Assembly (NCBI GenBank): GCA_020073005.1
Contig: JAIQFX010000027.1
Span: 120 to 64,119 of the forward strand
DNA length: 64,000 bases
From: Terriglobia bacterium
Lineage (GTDB): Bacteria > Acidobacteriota > Vicinamibacteria > Vicinamibacterales > CAVVIG01
Direction: 5' to 3'
Shown here: piece by piece, positions 45,161 through 53,825 of the stretch
Layout of the letters: each line of letters opens with the position of its first letter
How positions within the stretch are numbered: position 1 is the first letter of the stretch
Notes under the pieces: model-generated
What the model saw: only the letters and a program-made list of their open reading frames with translations
Databases searched by the model: none
What the model was told of the DNA's origin: nothing
Made by a program: the position numbers and the translations under genes

Positions 45161-46249
45161 CTAGTGGGTCCGGCCTGTCGTCACGAGCAGATGCTCGATC
45201 GTCCGCGCGTAGTAGCGCAGCACCGTCCGCTCGCGCACGCGGAAGCGGCTGCCTTCGGCGACGACGATCCCGCGCGTCTCGAGCGGCTCGGCCGCCTCCT
45301 CGATCGCCTGCCGTCCGCTCGTGACGCCGAGGTTGGCGTGGCGCGCGGCGAGCTCCTCGATGAGCCGGTCGATGCGCTCCGTGAGATCGCGCCGCGTGAT
45401 GGACGGCCGCATCGCGGACGCGAAGACGGCGGTCGGCAGCACCTTGTACAACGCGCCGATGCGCGCGCGTATCAGCCGCGCCAGCTCGAGAACGTCCGTG
45501 CGCGAATGGACGTCGCAGCCGGCGACCGAAATGGCCGCGCCGAACGTGACGAACGCGCGCGACCAGTACCCGACCGCGTAGCGGACCATCTCCGCCACTT
45601 CGCGCGTGAACGGCCGCTGGCGCTTCTTGATGCGCTGATGCGCGAGGATGTGATCTTCCAGCACGAGGTCGTACGCGATGGCGGTCGGGACGATGACCAG
45701 ATCCGGCCGCTCGGCGCTGAGCACGGCGTGGAGCAATCCGGTCTTCGCGGGTTTCAGCTCGCCGCTGTAGCTGCGGCCGCCCTCCGGATAGAAGAACAGA
45801 TCGTGCTGCTTGACGATCTCCGCGACGTACGCCTTGAGCGTCGTCAGGTACGCGGGATCTCTGCTGTTGCGGCGGATCGGAATCGCCCCGGTGACGTGGC
45901 GGTTCAGCAGCCCGAGCGGTCCGCCGTAGAGATTGATCCCCGCCGTCATCAGCGGCGGACGAATGCCGTTGTCGTCGAGCACGAGCGGCTCGACCAGATA
46001 GTCGCAGTGGCTCTTGTGGTTCGAGGCGTAGACGACGCGATGTTCGCGCACCGCCGCCTCGACGTGGTGCAGGTTCTCGTGCTTGCGCTCGATCTTGCGG
46101 AGGATCGGATACAGCGGATGCTGCAGGGCGCGGTAGAACTTGTGCCGCTGCGTCGTCCGCAGCTCGTCCAGGTACGCGGAGACCTGCTCGCGCGGGTATT
46201 TCAGAATCTCTTCGCGCGCAAGCACCGCCTCGGAGATGTCGTCCAGCAT
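45161..46249 (-). CDS. PlsB/PlsC-superfamily acyltransferase
   Basis: '[11 protein letters not shown]' (HX4D) and '[12 protein letters not shown]'. ATG 46249 is preferred because a TATAGT box lies 10 nt upstream. GTG 46273 is the alternative. Confidence 0.7.
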   Translation of the reverse strand: MLDDISEAVLAREEILKYPREQVSAYLDELRTTQRHKFYRALQHPLYPILRKIERKHENLHHVEAAVREHRVVYASNHKSHCDYLVEPLVLDDNGIRPPLMTAGINLYGGPLGLLNRHVTGAIPIRRNSRDPAYLTTLKAYVAEIVKQHDLFFYPEGGRSYSGELKPAKTGLLHAVLSAERPDLVIVPTAIAYDLVLEDHILAHQRIKKRQRPFTREVAEMVRYAVGYWSRAFVTFGAAISVAGCDVHSRTDVLELARLIRARIGALYKVLPTAVFASAMRPSITRRDLTERIDRLIEELAARHANLGVTSGRQAIEEAAEPLETRGIVVAEGSRFRVRERTVLRYYARTIEHLLVTTGRTH

Positions 46250-46259
46250 CGGAGATTGG

Positions 46260-46265
46260 ACTATA
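46260..46265 (-). promoter_or_regulatory. -10-like TATAGT, 10 nt upstream of ATG 46249 (leaderless candidate)
   Basis: The minus strand reads gctatagtccaatctccgATG. Confidence 0.3.
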
Positions 46266-46311
46266 GCACGCACGAAGTGCGGGGACGGCCGCAGACTTCA
46301 GCCATCACACT

Positions 46312-47316
46312 TCAGACTTCAATCGCCTGACAGACCGCGTCCGCAAACTCCTGCGTGGACGCGGTGCCTCCCAGGTCCCGCGTGCGGACACGGCGCGCGC
46401 TGAGCACCGCGCGCAGCGCCTGCATGACGCGATCGGCGGCGCCGCCCTCGTCGATGTGCCGGAGCATCATCACCGCGGAGAGCAGCAGCGCGGTCGGGTT
46501 CGCGATCTGCTTGCCCGCGATGTCGGGCGCGCTGCCGTGCACGGCCTCGAAGACCGCGCACTCGGTGCCGAGATTCGCCGCGCCCACCACGCCGAGCCCG
46601 CCGACGAGTCCCGCGCAGAGATCCGACACGATGTCGCCGTACAGATTCGGCAGCAGCAGGACGTCGAACTGCGACGGGTTCATCACCAGGTGCATGCACG
46701 CCGCGTCGACGATGCGCTCGTCGTACGCGATCTCGCCGTACTCGCGCGCCACGCGCCGGATGCTCTCGAGGAACAAGCCGTCGCCGAGCTTCATGATGTT
46801 GGCTTTGTGGATCGCGGTCACTTTCTTCCGGCCGTGGCGCCGCGCGTGCTGGAACGCGAAGTGCGCGATGCGCGTCGACGCGCGCTCGGTGATGATCTTC
46901 AGGCTCTCGACGACCCCGGGCACGACCTCGTGCTCGAGGCCCGCGTAGAGATCTTCCGTGTTCTCGCGGACGATGACGAGGTCGAGCCCCTGGAACTTCG
47001 CGTCGACGCCCGGCAGGTTGCTCACGGGCCGCAGGTTCGCGTAGAGATCCAGCGCCTTGCGCAGGCCGACGTTCACGCTCGTGAAGCCCTGGCCGATCGG
47101 CGTCGTGACGGGGCCCTTCAGCGCGACCTTGTTGCGCCGGATGGAGTCGATGAGCGCGGCCGGCAGCGATTCGCCCGACCGCTCGAACGCCGTCAGGCCG
47201 GCGGCGTGCGTCTCCCAGTCGATCGCGACGCCCGCCGCGGCGATGATGCGCACGACCGCGTCGGTGACTTCCGGACCGATGCCGTCGCCGGGAACGAGCG
47301 TGATTGCGTGGGCCAT
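46312..47316 (-). CDS. isocitrate/isopropylmalate dehydrogenase family enzyme (NAD-IDH-like, 334 aa)
   Basis: 'LVPGDGIGPE', 'NLRP', 'VRENTEDLY' and 'NLYGDIVSD'. The ORF N-terminal extension was rejected. Confidence 0.85.
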   Translation of the reverse strand: MAHAITLVPGDGIGPEVTDAVVRIIAAAGVAIDWETHAAGLTAFERSGESLPAALIDSIRRNKVALKGPVTTPIGQGFTSVNVGLRKALDLYANLRPVSNLPGVDAKFQGLDLVIVRENTEDLYAGLEHEVVPGVVESLKIITERASTRIAHFAFQHARRHGRKKVTAIHKANIMKLGDGLFLESIRRVAREYGEIAYDERIVDAACMHLVMNPSQFDVLLLPNLYGDIVSDLCAGLVGGLGVVGAANLGTECAVFEAVHGSAPDIAGKQIANPTALLLSAVMMLRHIDEGGAADRVMQALRAVLSARRVRTRDLGGTASTQEFADAVCQAIEV

Positions 47317-47342
47317 GGGAGGATCGGGCGGAACGCCTCTCA

Positions 47343-47350
47343 TTATAATC
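47343..47350. promoter_or_regulatory. palindromic ATTATAAT -10 box shared by divergent genes
   Basis: TATAAT reads on both strands. It is 7 nt upstream of TTG 47357 (+) and 26 nt upstream of ATG 47316 (-). Confidence 0.35.
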
Positions 47351-47356
47351 GGCAGG

Positions 47357-48229
47357 TTGTCTGCGTTCTTGAACGCCGAACTGGAGTCGATCACCGCGGT
47401 CGTGCTGGACGCGCTCGACGTGCTCGCCCGGGCGCGCGCCGGCGGCGCGGATGCGGTTCCCGATCCCGCCGCGCTGATCTTCCTGCTCCGGCGATATCTG
47501 GCGAGCGATCGCGACGATCTGCGCGACGCGCTGGGCGAGGCGCTGGCGCCGGCCCTCGCGCGCGCCGCGGCCGAAACGCGCAGCCTCGAGTGCGCCGCCT
47601 GGCTCACGCTCTTCTCGGAAGCCAGCGCGATCTCCGACGATGACCGTCTTCCTTCAGCCGCCGCCGCGCTGATCGCCGACCTGCGGCGCGCCTGGCCGTC
47701 GACGGACGTCGTCGAACAGGGCATGGCGTCGGTCGACGCGTGCCTGCGCGCCGCGAACCTCGTCGATCCGCAGGACCTCGTGCCCGCCGCCATCGACGAG
47801 CTCGAGCGCGTCGTCGGCCATGCGTATCAGCCGGGCGACGGCATCGCCCACACGATTCATTCGCACGTGCACGCGCGCGGGAGCCTCGGCGATCACGTGC
47901 GGTCGGCGTCGGCGCTCCTCACGGCCTTCGAGATCAGCGGTCGCCTGCCCTATTCGATGCTGGCCGAGGAGTTGATGCAGACCGCTCGTCGAGATCTGCA
48001 GGGCGCGACGGACTTCATCGCGCGCTGCGAAGGCTGCCGGGTGCTGAGCCGCCTCGCCGCGCTGCACGCGGACGAGGCGTACCGCGGCGCGGCCGTCATC
48101 GCGCCGCATGTCGATTACCGGGCGGATGCCGAACGCGTAATCACGGCGCTCTCATCGGATCCGCTCGCGCGCGGATCCGGCGCCGGGGAGTACGGGCTGG
48201 CGCTGCTCGCGGCGCTGGACGCGCGATGA
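47357..48229 (+). CDS. hypothetical protein
   Basis: About 290-aa alpha-helical-looking ORF with normal composition. The start is TTG 47357 or 47369. No family was recognised. Confidence 0.45.
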   Translation: MSAFLNAELESITAVVLDALDVLARARAGGADAVPDPAALIFLLRRYLASDRDDLRDALGEALAPALARAAAETRSLECAAWLTLFSEASAISDDDRLPSAAAALIADLRRAWPSTDVVEQGMASVDACLRAANLVDPQDLVPAAIDELERVVGHAYQPGDGIAHTIHSHVHARGSLGDHVRSASALLTAFEISGRLPYSMLAEELMQTARRDLQGATDFIARCEGCRVLSRLAALHADEAYRGAAVIAPHVDYRADAERVITALSSDPLARGSGAGEYGLALLAALDAR

Positions 48230-48277
48230 GATTTCAGATTTGAGAATTCAGAATTCAGAATACAATTCCCTTCTCCC
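48227..48277. repeat. AGAWTTC heptamer array
   Basis: tgagatttcagatttgagaattcagaattcagaatacaattcccttctccc. It begins with TGA 48227-48229 and ends at the tkt ATG. Confidence 0.75.
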
Positions 48278-50152
48278 ATGTCCACCGACCGCGCCTCTCT
48301 GATTCCCGCTCTCAAGAACATCGCCACGCGGCTGCGCATCGATTCCCTGCGGTCGACGTCGCAGACCGGCACCGGCCATCCGACGAGCTGCTGCTCGATG
48401 GCCGACCTCACCGCGGCGCTGTTCTTCGCCGAGATGCGCTTCGATCCGAAGGATCCGCGCAACACCGAAAACGATCGCTTCGTGCTGTCGAAGGGACACG
48501 CGGCGCCGATTCTGTACGCCGCGTGGGCTGAAGCCGGCTTGTTCGATCGATCGGACCTGCTGAAGCTGCGCAGCATCGGATCCGATCTCGAAGGCCATCC
48601 GACGCCGCGGCTGTCGTTCGTCGACGTCGCGACCGGATCGCTCGGCCAGGGCATCTGCGCCGCGATCGGCAGCGCGCTGAACGCGCGGCGCATCGGATCG
48701 GACTATCGCACCTACGTGCTGCTCGGCGACGGCGAATCGGCGGAAGGCTCCGTCTGGGAAGCCGCCGACGTCGCGACGATGGACAAGCTCGACAACCTGT
48801 GCGGCATCACGGACGTCAACGGGCTCGGCCAGAGCCGCGCGACGATGTGGCGGCACGACATGGAGCAGTTCGCGCGCCGCTGGCGCGCGTTCGGCTGGCA
48901 CGCGATCGTGATCGACGGCCACGACATGTCGGCGATTCTCGACGCGCTCGCCGAAGCGCGGCGGACCAAGGGCCAGCCGACGATGATCCTCGCCCGGACG
49001 ATCAAGGGGAAGGGCGTGTCGTTCGTCGAGGGCAAGGACGGCTGGCACGGCAAGGCGTTCAAGAAAGGTGAAGAGCTCGATCGCGCGCTCGCGGAGCTCG
49101 AGAAGCAGTTCGTGCCCGCGCCCGCGAACGGACCGAATCTCGCCGCGCAGATCGCGAAGCCGGCGTCGACGCCGCGTCCAGTGGCGGCGCCGAAGCCCGT
49201 CGCGCCGCCCACGTACGCCAAGGGCGATCAGGTCGCCACGCGCGAAGCCTACGGCGTCGCGATCGCCAAGCTCGGCGAAGCGGATCCGCGCGTGGTCGCG
49301 CTGGACGCCGACGTCAAGAACTCCACCTTCAGCGACAAGTTCGAAAAGGCGCTGCCCGATCGCTTCTATCAGAATTTCATCGCGGAGCAGGTGATGGTCG
49401 GCGCCGCGATGGGGCTGGCCGCGCGCGGCGCGATTCCGTTCCCGTCGACGTTCGCGTGTTTCCTGACGCGCGCGTCCGATTTCATCCGCATGGCGGCGAT
49501 CAGCAACGTGAACGTCAAGTTCGCCGGGTCGCACGCCGGCGTCTCGATTGGGGAAGACGGTCCGTCCCAGATGGCGCTCGAGGATCTGGCCATGTGCCGC
49601 GCCCAGCCGAATTACACGGTGCTGTATCCGAGCGACGCGGTGAGCGCCGAGCGGCTCGTCGTCCTGGCCGCGTACCATCCCGGTCCGGCGTACATCCGCA
49701 CGAGCCGTCCGAAGACGCCGGTCATCTATTCCAACGACGAGACGTTCACGATCGGCGGATTGAAAGTGCTGCGCGAGAGCGCGAACGACGCGGCGACCGT
49801 GATTGGGGCGGGCGTGACCGTGTTCGAAGCGCTGAAGGCGTACGATCAGCTGAAGGCGGCGGGCGTGCCGATTCGCGTGATCGATCTTTATTCAGTCGCG
49901 CCGGTCGATCGCGCCGGGCTCGTCGCGGCCGCCCGCGCGACGAAGGGCCGCGTCATCACGGTCGAGGATCATTACGCGGCCGGCGGCATCGGCGATGCCG
50001 TGGCGGAGGCCGTCGCCGACGCCGGCGTCACGGTCCACCGGCTCGCCGTCCGCGAGATCCCGCGCAGCGGAAAGCCCGACGAGCTCCTCGATCGCTTCGG
50101 GATCTCGGCGTCGCACATCGTCAGCGCCGTCCGCGCGGCGGTCCCCGCCTAG
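48278..50152 (+). CDS. tkt: transketolase
   Basis: 'GHPTSCCSMADL', 'LSKGHAAPILYA', 'ATGSLGQG' and 'LGDGESAEGSVWEA', with Pyr and C-terminal domains present (624 aa). Confidence 0.85.
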   Translation: MSTDRASLIPALKNIATRLRIDSLRSTSQTGTGHPTSCCSMADLTAALFFAEMRFDPKDPRNTENDRFVLSKGHAAPILYAAWAEAGLFDRSDLLKLRSIGSDLEGHPTPRLSFVDVATGSLGQGICAAIGSALNARRIGSDYRTYVLLGDGESAEGSVWEAADVATMDKLDNLCGITDVNGLGQSRATMWRHDMEQFARRWRAFGWHAIVIDGHDMSAILDALAEARRTKGQPTMILARTIKGKGVSFVEGKDGWHGKAFKKGEELDRALAELEKQFVPAPANGPNLAAQIAKPASTPRPVAAPKPVAPPTYAKGDQVATREAYGVAIAKLGEADPRVVALDADVKNSTFSDKFEKALPDRFYQNFIAEQVMVGAAMGLAARGAIPFPSTFACFLTRASDFIRMAAISNVNVKFAGSHAGVSIGEDGPSQMALEDLAMCRAQPNYTVLYPSDAVSAERLVVLAAYHPGPAYIRTSRPKTPVIYSNDETFTIGGLKVLRESANDAATVIGAGVTVFEALKAYDQLKAAGVPIRVIDLYSVAPVDRAGLVAAARATKGRVITVEDHYAAGGIGDAVAEAVADAGVTVHRLAVREIPRSGKPDELLDRFGISASHIVSAVRAAVPA

Positions 50153-50335
50153 TTCTTTATCGAATCCTTCTGTCCCGCCCGAACGCCCCTAAACGGACGG
50201 GCGTCCTCACTCGTATTGAGAGGAAGGGCGAGTGCGCGTGTGGCGATGACAAGCGCACACAAATCCAAGCCGATGCACGGCGTGCATCGTCCAAAGGTAA
50301 CGTCCAGGCCTGCCGCCTTGTCTGAGTTAGACATC

Positions 50336-51115
50336 ATGAATGTGTCGCCCGAATGGATCGCCAGTGAAAAGGCCGTGCCGCCGCGCGTGCTCGTGGTCGA
50401 GGACGAACCCAACATCCGCGAGCTGGTTTGCTTACATCTCGGATTGGAAGGGTATGCCTGTGACGGCGTTGGCGACGGTCCGGAAGCGCTGAAGCGGACC
50501 GAAGCGGAGCGGTTCGATCTGATCGTGCTCGACGTGATGATCCCCGGCCTCGACGGCCTCGCGGTGTGCCGCGCGGTGCGCAAGGGGCACACCAACCACG
50601 ACGTGCCCATCCTGATGCTGACGGCGCGACGCGAAGAATCGGACAAAGTCGCCGGCCTGGAGAGCGGCGCCGACGACTACCTGACCAAGCCGTTCGGCGT
50701 GCGCGAGCTGATCGCGCGGGCCCGCGCGCTGCTGCGGCGGCCGCGCGTGCCGGTCGCCGCCGCGGGCGCGCGTCTCATGACCGGCGTGAACGGCGACGAG
50801 GTCAGTCCGCCGATCCGCGTCCACGGCGTCGAGATCGATCCGGCGCGGCGCCGCGTGCGCATCGAGGGCCGCGACGTCGACCTGACCGATCAGGAATTCC
50901 GCCTGCTGTACCTGCTCGCCTCGCACGCGGGGATCGTGTTCAGTCGCGAAGCGCTGCTCTCGAAAATCTGGCGCGGTGACACATTCGTCACAGTCCGCAG
51001 CGTCGACACGCTGGTCAAGCGCCTGCGCCGCCGGATCGAGACCGCTCCCGCGCGCCCGCGCTTCCTGCTGACCATCTGGGGCGTCGGCTACAAGTTCGCC
51101 GACGTGCACGTCTGA
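50336..51115 (+). CDS. OmpR-family response regulator (no adjacent histidine kinase)
   Basis: 'RVLVVEDEPNI', 'DLIVLDVMIPGLDG', 'LTARREES', 'DDYLTKPF' and winged helix 'LTDQEFRLLYLLA...TIWGVGYKF'. Confidence 0.85.
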   Translation: MNVSPEWIASEKAVPPRVLVVEDEPNIRELVCLHLGLEGYACDGVGDGPEALKRTEAERFDLIVLDVMIPGLDGLAVCRAVRKGHTNHDVPILMLTARREESDKVAGLESGADDYLTKPFGVRELIARARALLRRPRVPVAAAGARLMTGVNGDEVSPPIRVHGVEIDPARRRVRIEGRDVDLTDQEFRLLYLLASHAGIVFSREALLSKIWRGDTFVTVRSVDTLVKRLRRRIETAPARPRFLLTIWGVGYKFADVHV

Positions 51116-51133
51116 GAGCTGACAGCTCACAGG

Positions 51134-51139
51134 TATAAT
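51134..51139 (+). promoter_or_regulatory. -10 TATAAT, 8 nt upstream of ATG 51148 (leaderless candidate)
   Basis: aggtataatccccgcccATG, with no SD. Confidence 0.4.
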
Positions 51140-51147
51140 CCCCGCCC

Positions 51148-52821
51148 ATGCGTCGTCTCTTTCTCGTCGCGTTCGCGGGATTCGTGTCGGTCGCAGCGTT
51201 CGTCTCGGGTCAGGAACCCGCGCCGTCGCGCATCGCCGCCGACGATCGCACGCCGAAGCTCATCGTGCTGCTGACCGTCGATCAGATGCGCGCCGACTAC
51301 ATCGAGAAGTTCCACGAGCAGTGGTCGCGCGGCCTGCGGCGTCTCGTGACCGAGGGCGCGTGGTTCCGCCAGGCGGATTATCCGTACTTCAACACCGTCA
51401 CCTGCGTCGGGCACTCGAGCATCAGCACGGGCGCCGTGCCGTCCATTCACGGGATGATCCTCAACGCGTGGTGGGATCGCGGCGCGGGCAAACAGATCAC
51501 GTGCACCGACGACGACCGCGCGTCGATCATCAGCTACGGCAAGCCCGTCAAGGCGCAGGGCGAGAGCGCGGCGCGCATGCTGGCGCCGGCGCTCGCCGAC
51601 GAACTGCGCGCGCAGCTCAGTCCCGCGGGCAAGACGATCGCGTTTTCGCTCAAGGCGCGATCGACCGTCACGCTCGGCGGTCATCGTCCCGACGCGATCG
51701 CGTGGTTCGACGACAGCGGCGCGTGGGTGACGTCGACGGCCTTTTCGCCGGCGCCCGTGCCCGAGGTCGCCGACTTCATCACGCGCAATCCGGTCGAGAA
51801 GGATTTCGGCAAGGTCTGGGATCGATCGCTGCCGAAGAGCCGCTACCTCTACGAGGACCCGGCGGTCGGCGCGCACCCGGCCAGAGGGCTGACGCCGGCG
51901 TTTCCGCACGCGCTGTCCGGCGCGAAAGGCTCGATCGATCGGACGTTCTACGATCAGTGGCAGAGCAGCCCGTTCGCCGACGAGTACCTCGCGCGGATGG
52001 CGCTCGACGTCGCGGATCACATGAAGCTGGCTTCGTCGGGCGGCCGCACGAACATGATCGCGGTCAGCTTCTCGTCACTCGACAAGGTGGGCCACGACTT
52101 CGGGCCGAACAGCCACGAGATCCAGGACATCCTGATTCGTCTCGATCGCACGCTCGGCGATTTCTTCGCCGGTCTCGATCGGCTTGCCGGCCCCGGCCGC
52201 TACACCGTCGCGCTGACCGCCGATCACGGCGTGTCGCCGATTCCCGAACGCGCGACCGCCGTAGGGCTCGACGCCGGGCGCATCGGGAGCAACAACGTCA
52301 CGTCCGCGGCCGAACGCGCGCTCACCAAAGCCTTCGGTCCCGGTTCCTGGGTCAACCGGATCATCTTCACCGAGCTGTACCTGCGTGCTGGCGCGTACGA
52401 GAGGCTGCGGGAGAATCCAGCGGCGATGGCCGACGTTCGCGCCGCCATCACCAATGTTCCCGGCGTGCTGAGCGTGTACACACGCGACGAACTGGCAGCC
52501 GGCCACTTCGACGGCGATCCGATCGGACGCCAGCTCGCGCGCGGCTACTTCGCGGATCGGAGCGGCGATCTCGCGGTCGTGCCGAAACCGTACTGGATGC
52601 TGCAGGCCGACGGCACGACGCACGGCACCGGCTACGGGTACGACACGCACGTGCCGCTGCTGCTGATGGGATCGGGGATCGCGAAGGGCGAGTACCTCGC
52701 GCCGGCGAGCCCGACCGATGTCGCGCCGACGCTCGCGTTTCTCGCCGGCATCACGCTGCCGCGCGCGCAGGGCCGCGCGCTGACGGAAGCGCTCGCGCCG
52801 CTGGCGAAGAAGGGCTTGTAG
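51148..52821 (+). CDS. alkaline phosphatase superfamily protein (nucleotide pyrophosphatase/phosphodiesterase-like)
   Basis: Signal peptide, 'LLTVDQMRADY', 'TVTCVGHSSISTG' and 'ADHGVSP'. Confidence 0.75.
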   Translation: MRRLFLVAFAGFVSVAAFVSGQEPAPSRIAADDRTPKLIVLLTVDQMRADYIEKFHEQWSRGLRRLVTEGAWFRQADYPYFNTVTCVGHSSISTGAVPSIHGMILNAWWDRGAGKQITCTDDDRASIISYGKPVKAQGESAARMLAPALADELRAQLSPAGKTIAFSLKARSTVTLGGHRPDAIAWFDDSGAWVTSTAFSPAPVPEVADFITRNPVEKDFGKVWDRSLPKSRYLYEDPAVGAHPARGLTPAFPHALSGAKGSIDRTFYDQWQSSPFADEYLARMALDVADHMKLASSGGRTNMIAVSFSSLDKVGHDFGPNSHEIQDILIRLDRTLGDFFAGLDRLAGPGRYTVALTADHGVSPIPERATAVGLDAGRIGSNNVTSAAERALTKAFGPGSWVNRIIFTELYLRAGAYERLRENPAAMADVRAAITNVPGVLSVYTRDELAAGHFDGDPIGRQLARGYFADRSGDLAVVPKPYWMLQADGTTHGTGYGYDTHVPLLLMGSGIAKGEYLAPASPTDVAPTLAFLAGITLPRAQGRALTEALAPLAKKGL

Positions 52822-52823
52822 AT

Positions 52824-53825
52824 CTAGAGAATCGCTTCGGCGGCGGGAGATTCCGGCCAGACCGGCTCCGGCCGCGCGACGTACCCGGCGTGCGCGAACC
52901 GGCCCTGGAAGAGCGCGGTCTCCGACGCCCAGCACGTGAGCTTCACCCAGAGCCGCGCGATCACGTACGCCTGGCTGATCGCGGCGTCCGTCCACATCGA
53001 CACGCCCGCGCCGCCCGCGCCGGGCGCGACGGCAGCGTACAGCCCCACCGCGAGCAGGAACGCCCCGAAGTTCACGAGGAAGAGCAGCACGGCCGCGCCG
53101 GCGTTGCGCTGAATGAAGCGCAGCGCGCCCGCAATCGCCCCGAGCATGCTGCGGCGGTCTTCGACGACCGCCCGCACCTTCGCGTAGTCGAAGACGACCG
53201 TGCAGGCGGCCACGAGCGCGCCGAAGACGACATACAGCGCCGCGCGGTAGGCGAACGCCGTCGTCTCGACGGAGACGTCGTGGATCAGCCGCTCGTAGAG
53301 CCGATCGAACAGCCACCCGTGGACGACGCCGAACACGACGGCGTACACGATCCACTGGACGACGGCGAGCTGCAGGAAGCGGAAGAAGTACACGCCGCTG
53401 GCGGCGAAGAAGCCGTGCGCGCGCGTCGCGCGATCGCGCGCGTAGCGATCGATGAGGCCGCCGGCGACGAAGATCCACAGCACGACGTACGCGGACGCGG
53501 CGCCGACGATGACCGCCGGCCGCGTGGTGTTGTCGAGAAACGCGCTCAGGTTGTCCAGCACGGCGCCGAAGCCGATCACGGTCGGCTTGAACGTGACGCC
53601 GAGGCCGGTCGCCTGATCGCTGAACTCCTGCATCCAGTCGGAGTTCACGCCGCTCGCGGCCGTGTCCGCCGCGAGGCTGCGGCCGAGATGCTGATCGATC
53701 ATGCCGCGCAGCGCGATGGTGAGCGGCAGGCTGACGAGCAGCGTCAGCGCCCACATGCCCGCCAGCAGCGCGGGCGCGCGATTCACCCGGCCGGCGCCGT
53801 CCCGCCACGCGGACAGCGCGGTCAT
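52824..53825 (-). CDS. hypothetical integral membrane protein
   Basis: 333 aa with about 6 TM helices. ATGA overlap with the upstream M1 peptidase stop. Confidence 0.55.
   Translation of the reverse strand: MTALSAWRDGAGRVNRAPALLAGMWALTLLVSLPLTIALRGMIDQHLGRSLAADTAASGVNSDWMQEFSDQATGLGVTFKPTVIGFGAVLDNLSAFLDNTTRPAVIVGAASAYVVLWIFVAGGLIDRYARDRATRAHGFFAASGVYFFRFLQLAVVQWIVYAVVFGVVHGWLFDRLYERLIHDVSVETTAFAYRAALYVVFGALVAACTVVFDYAKVRAVVEDRRSMLGAIAGALRFIQRNAGAAVLLFLVNFGAFLLAVGLYAAVAPGAGGAGVSMWTDAAISQAYVIARLWVKLTCWASETALFQGRFAHAGYVARPEPVWPESPAAEAIL

Noticed and set aside
50153-50335. Possible regulatory RNA or terminator downstream of tkt (small palindromes acgcccc/gggcgt at about 50182-50206 and GATGCACGGCGTGCATC at about 50271-50287)
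   Set aside because: The stems are short, with no U-tract and no recognisable family. They cannot be distinguished from chance palindromes in GC-rich DNA without expression data.
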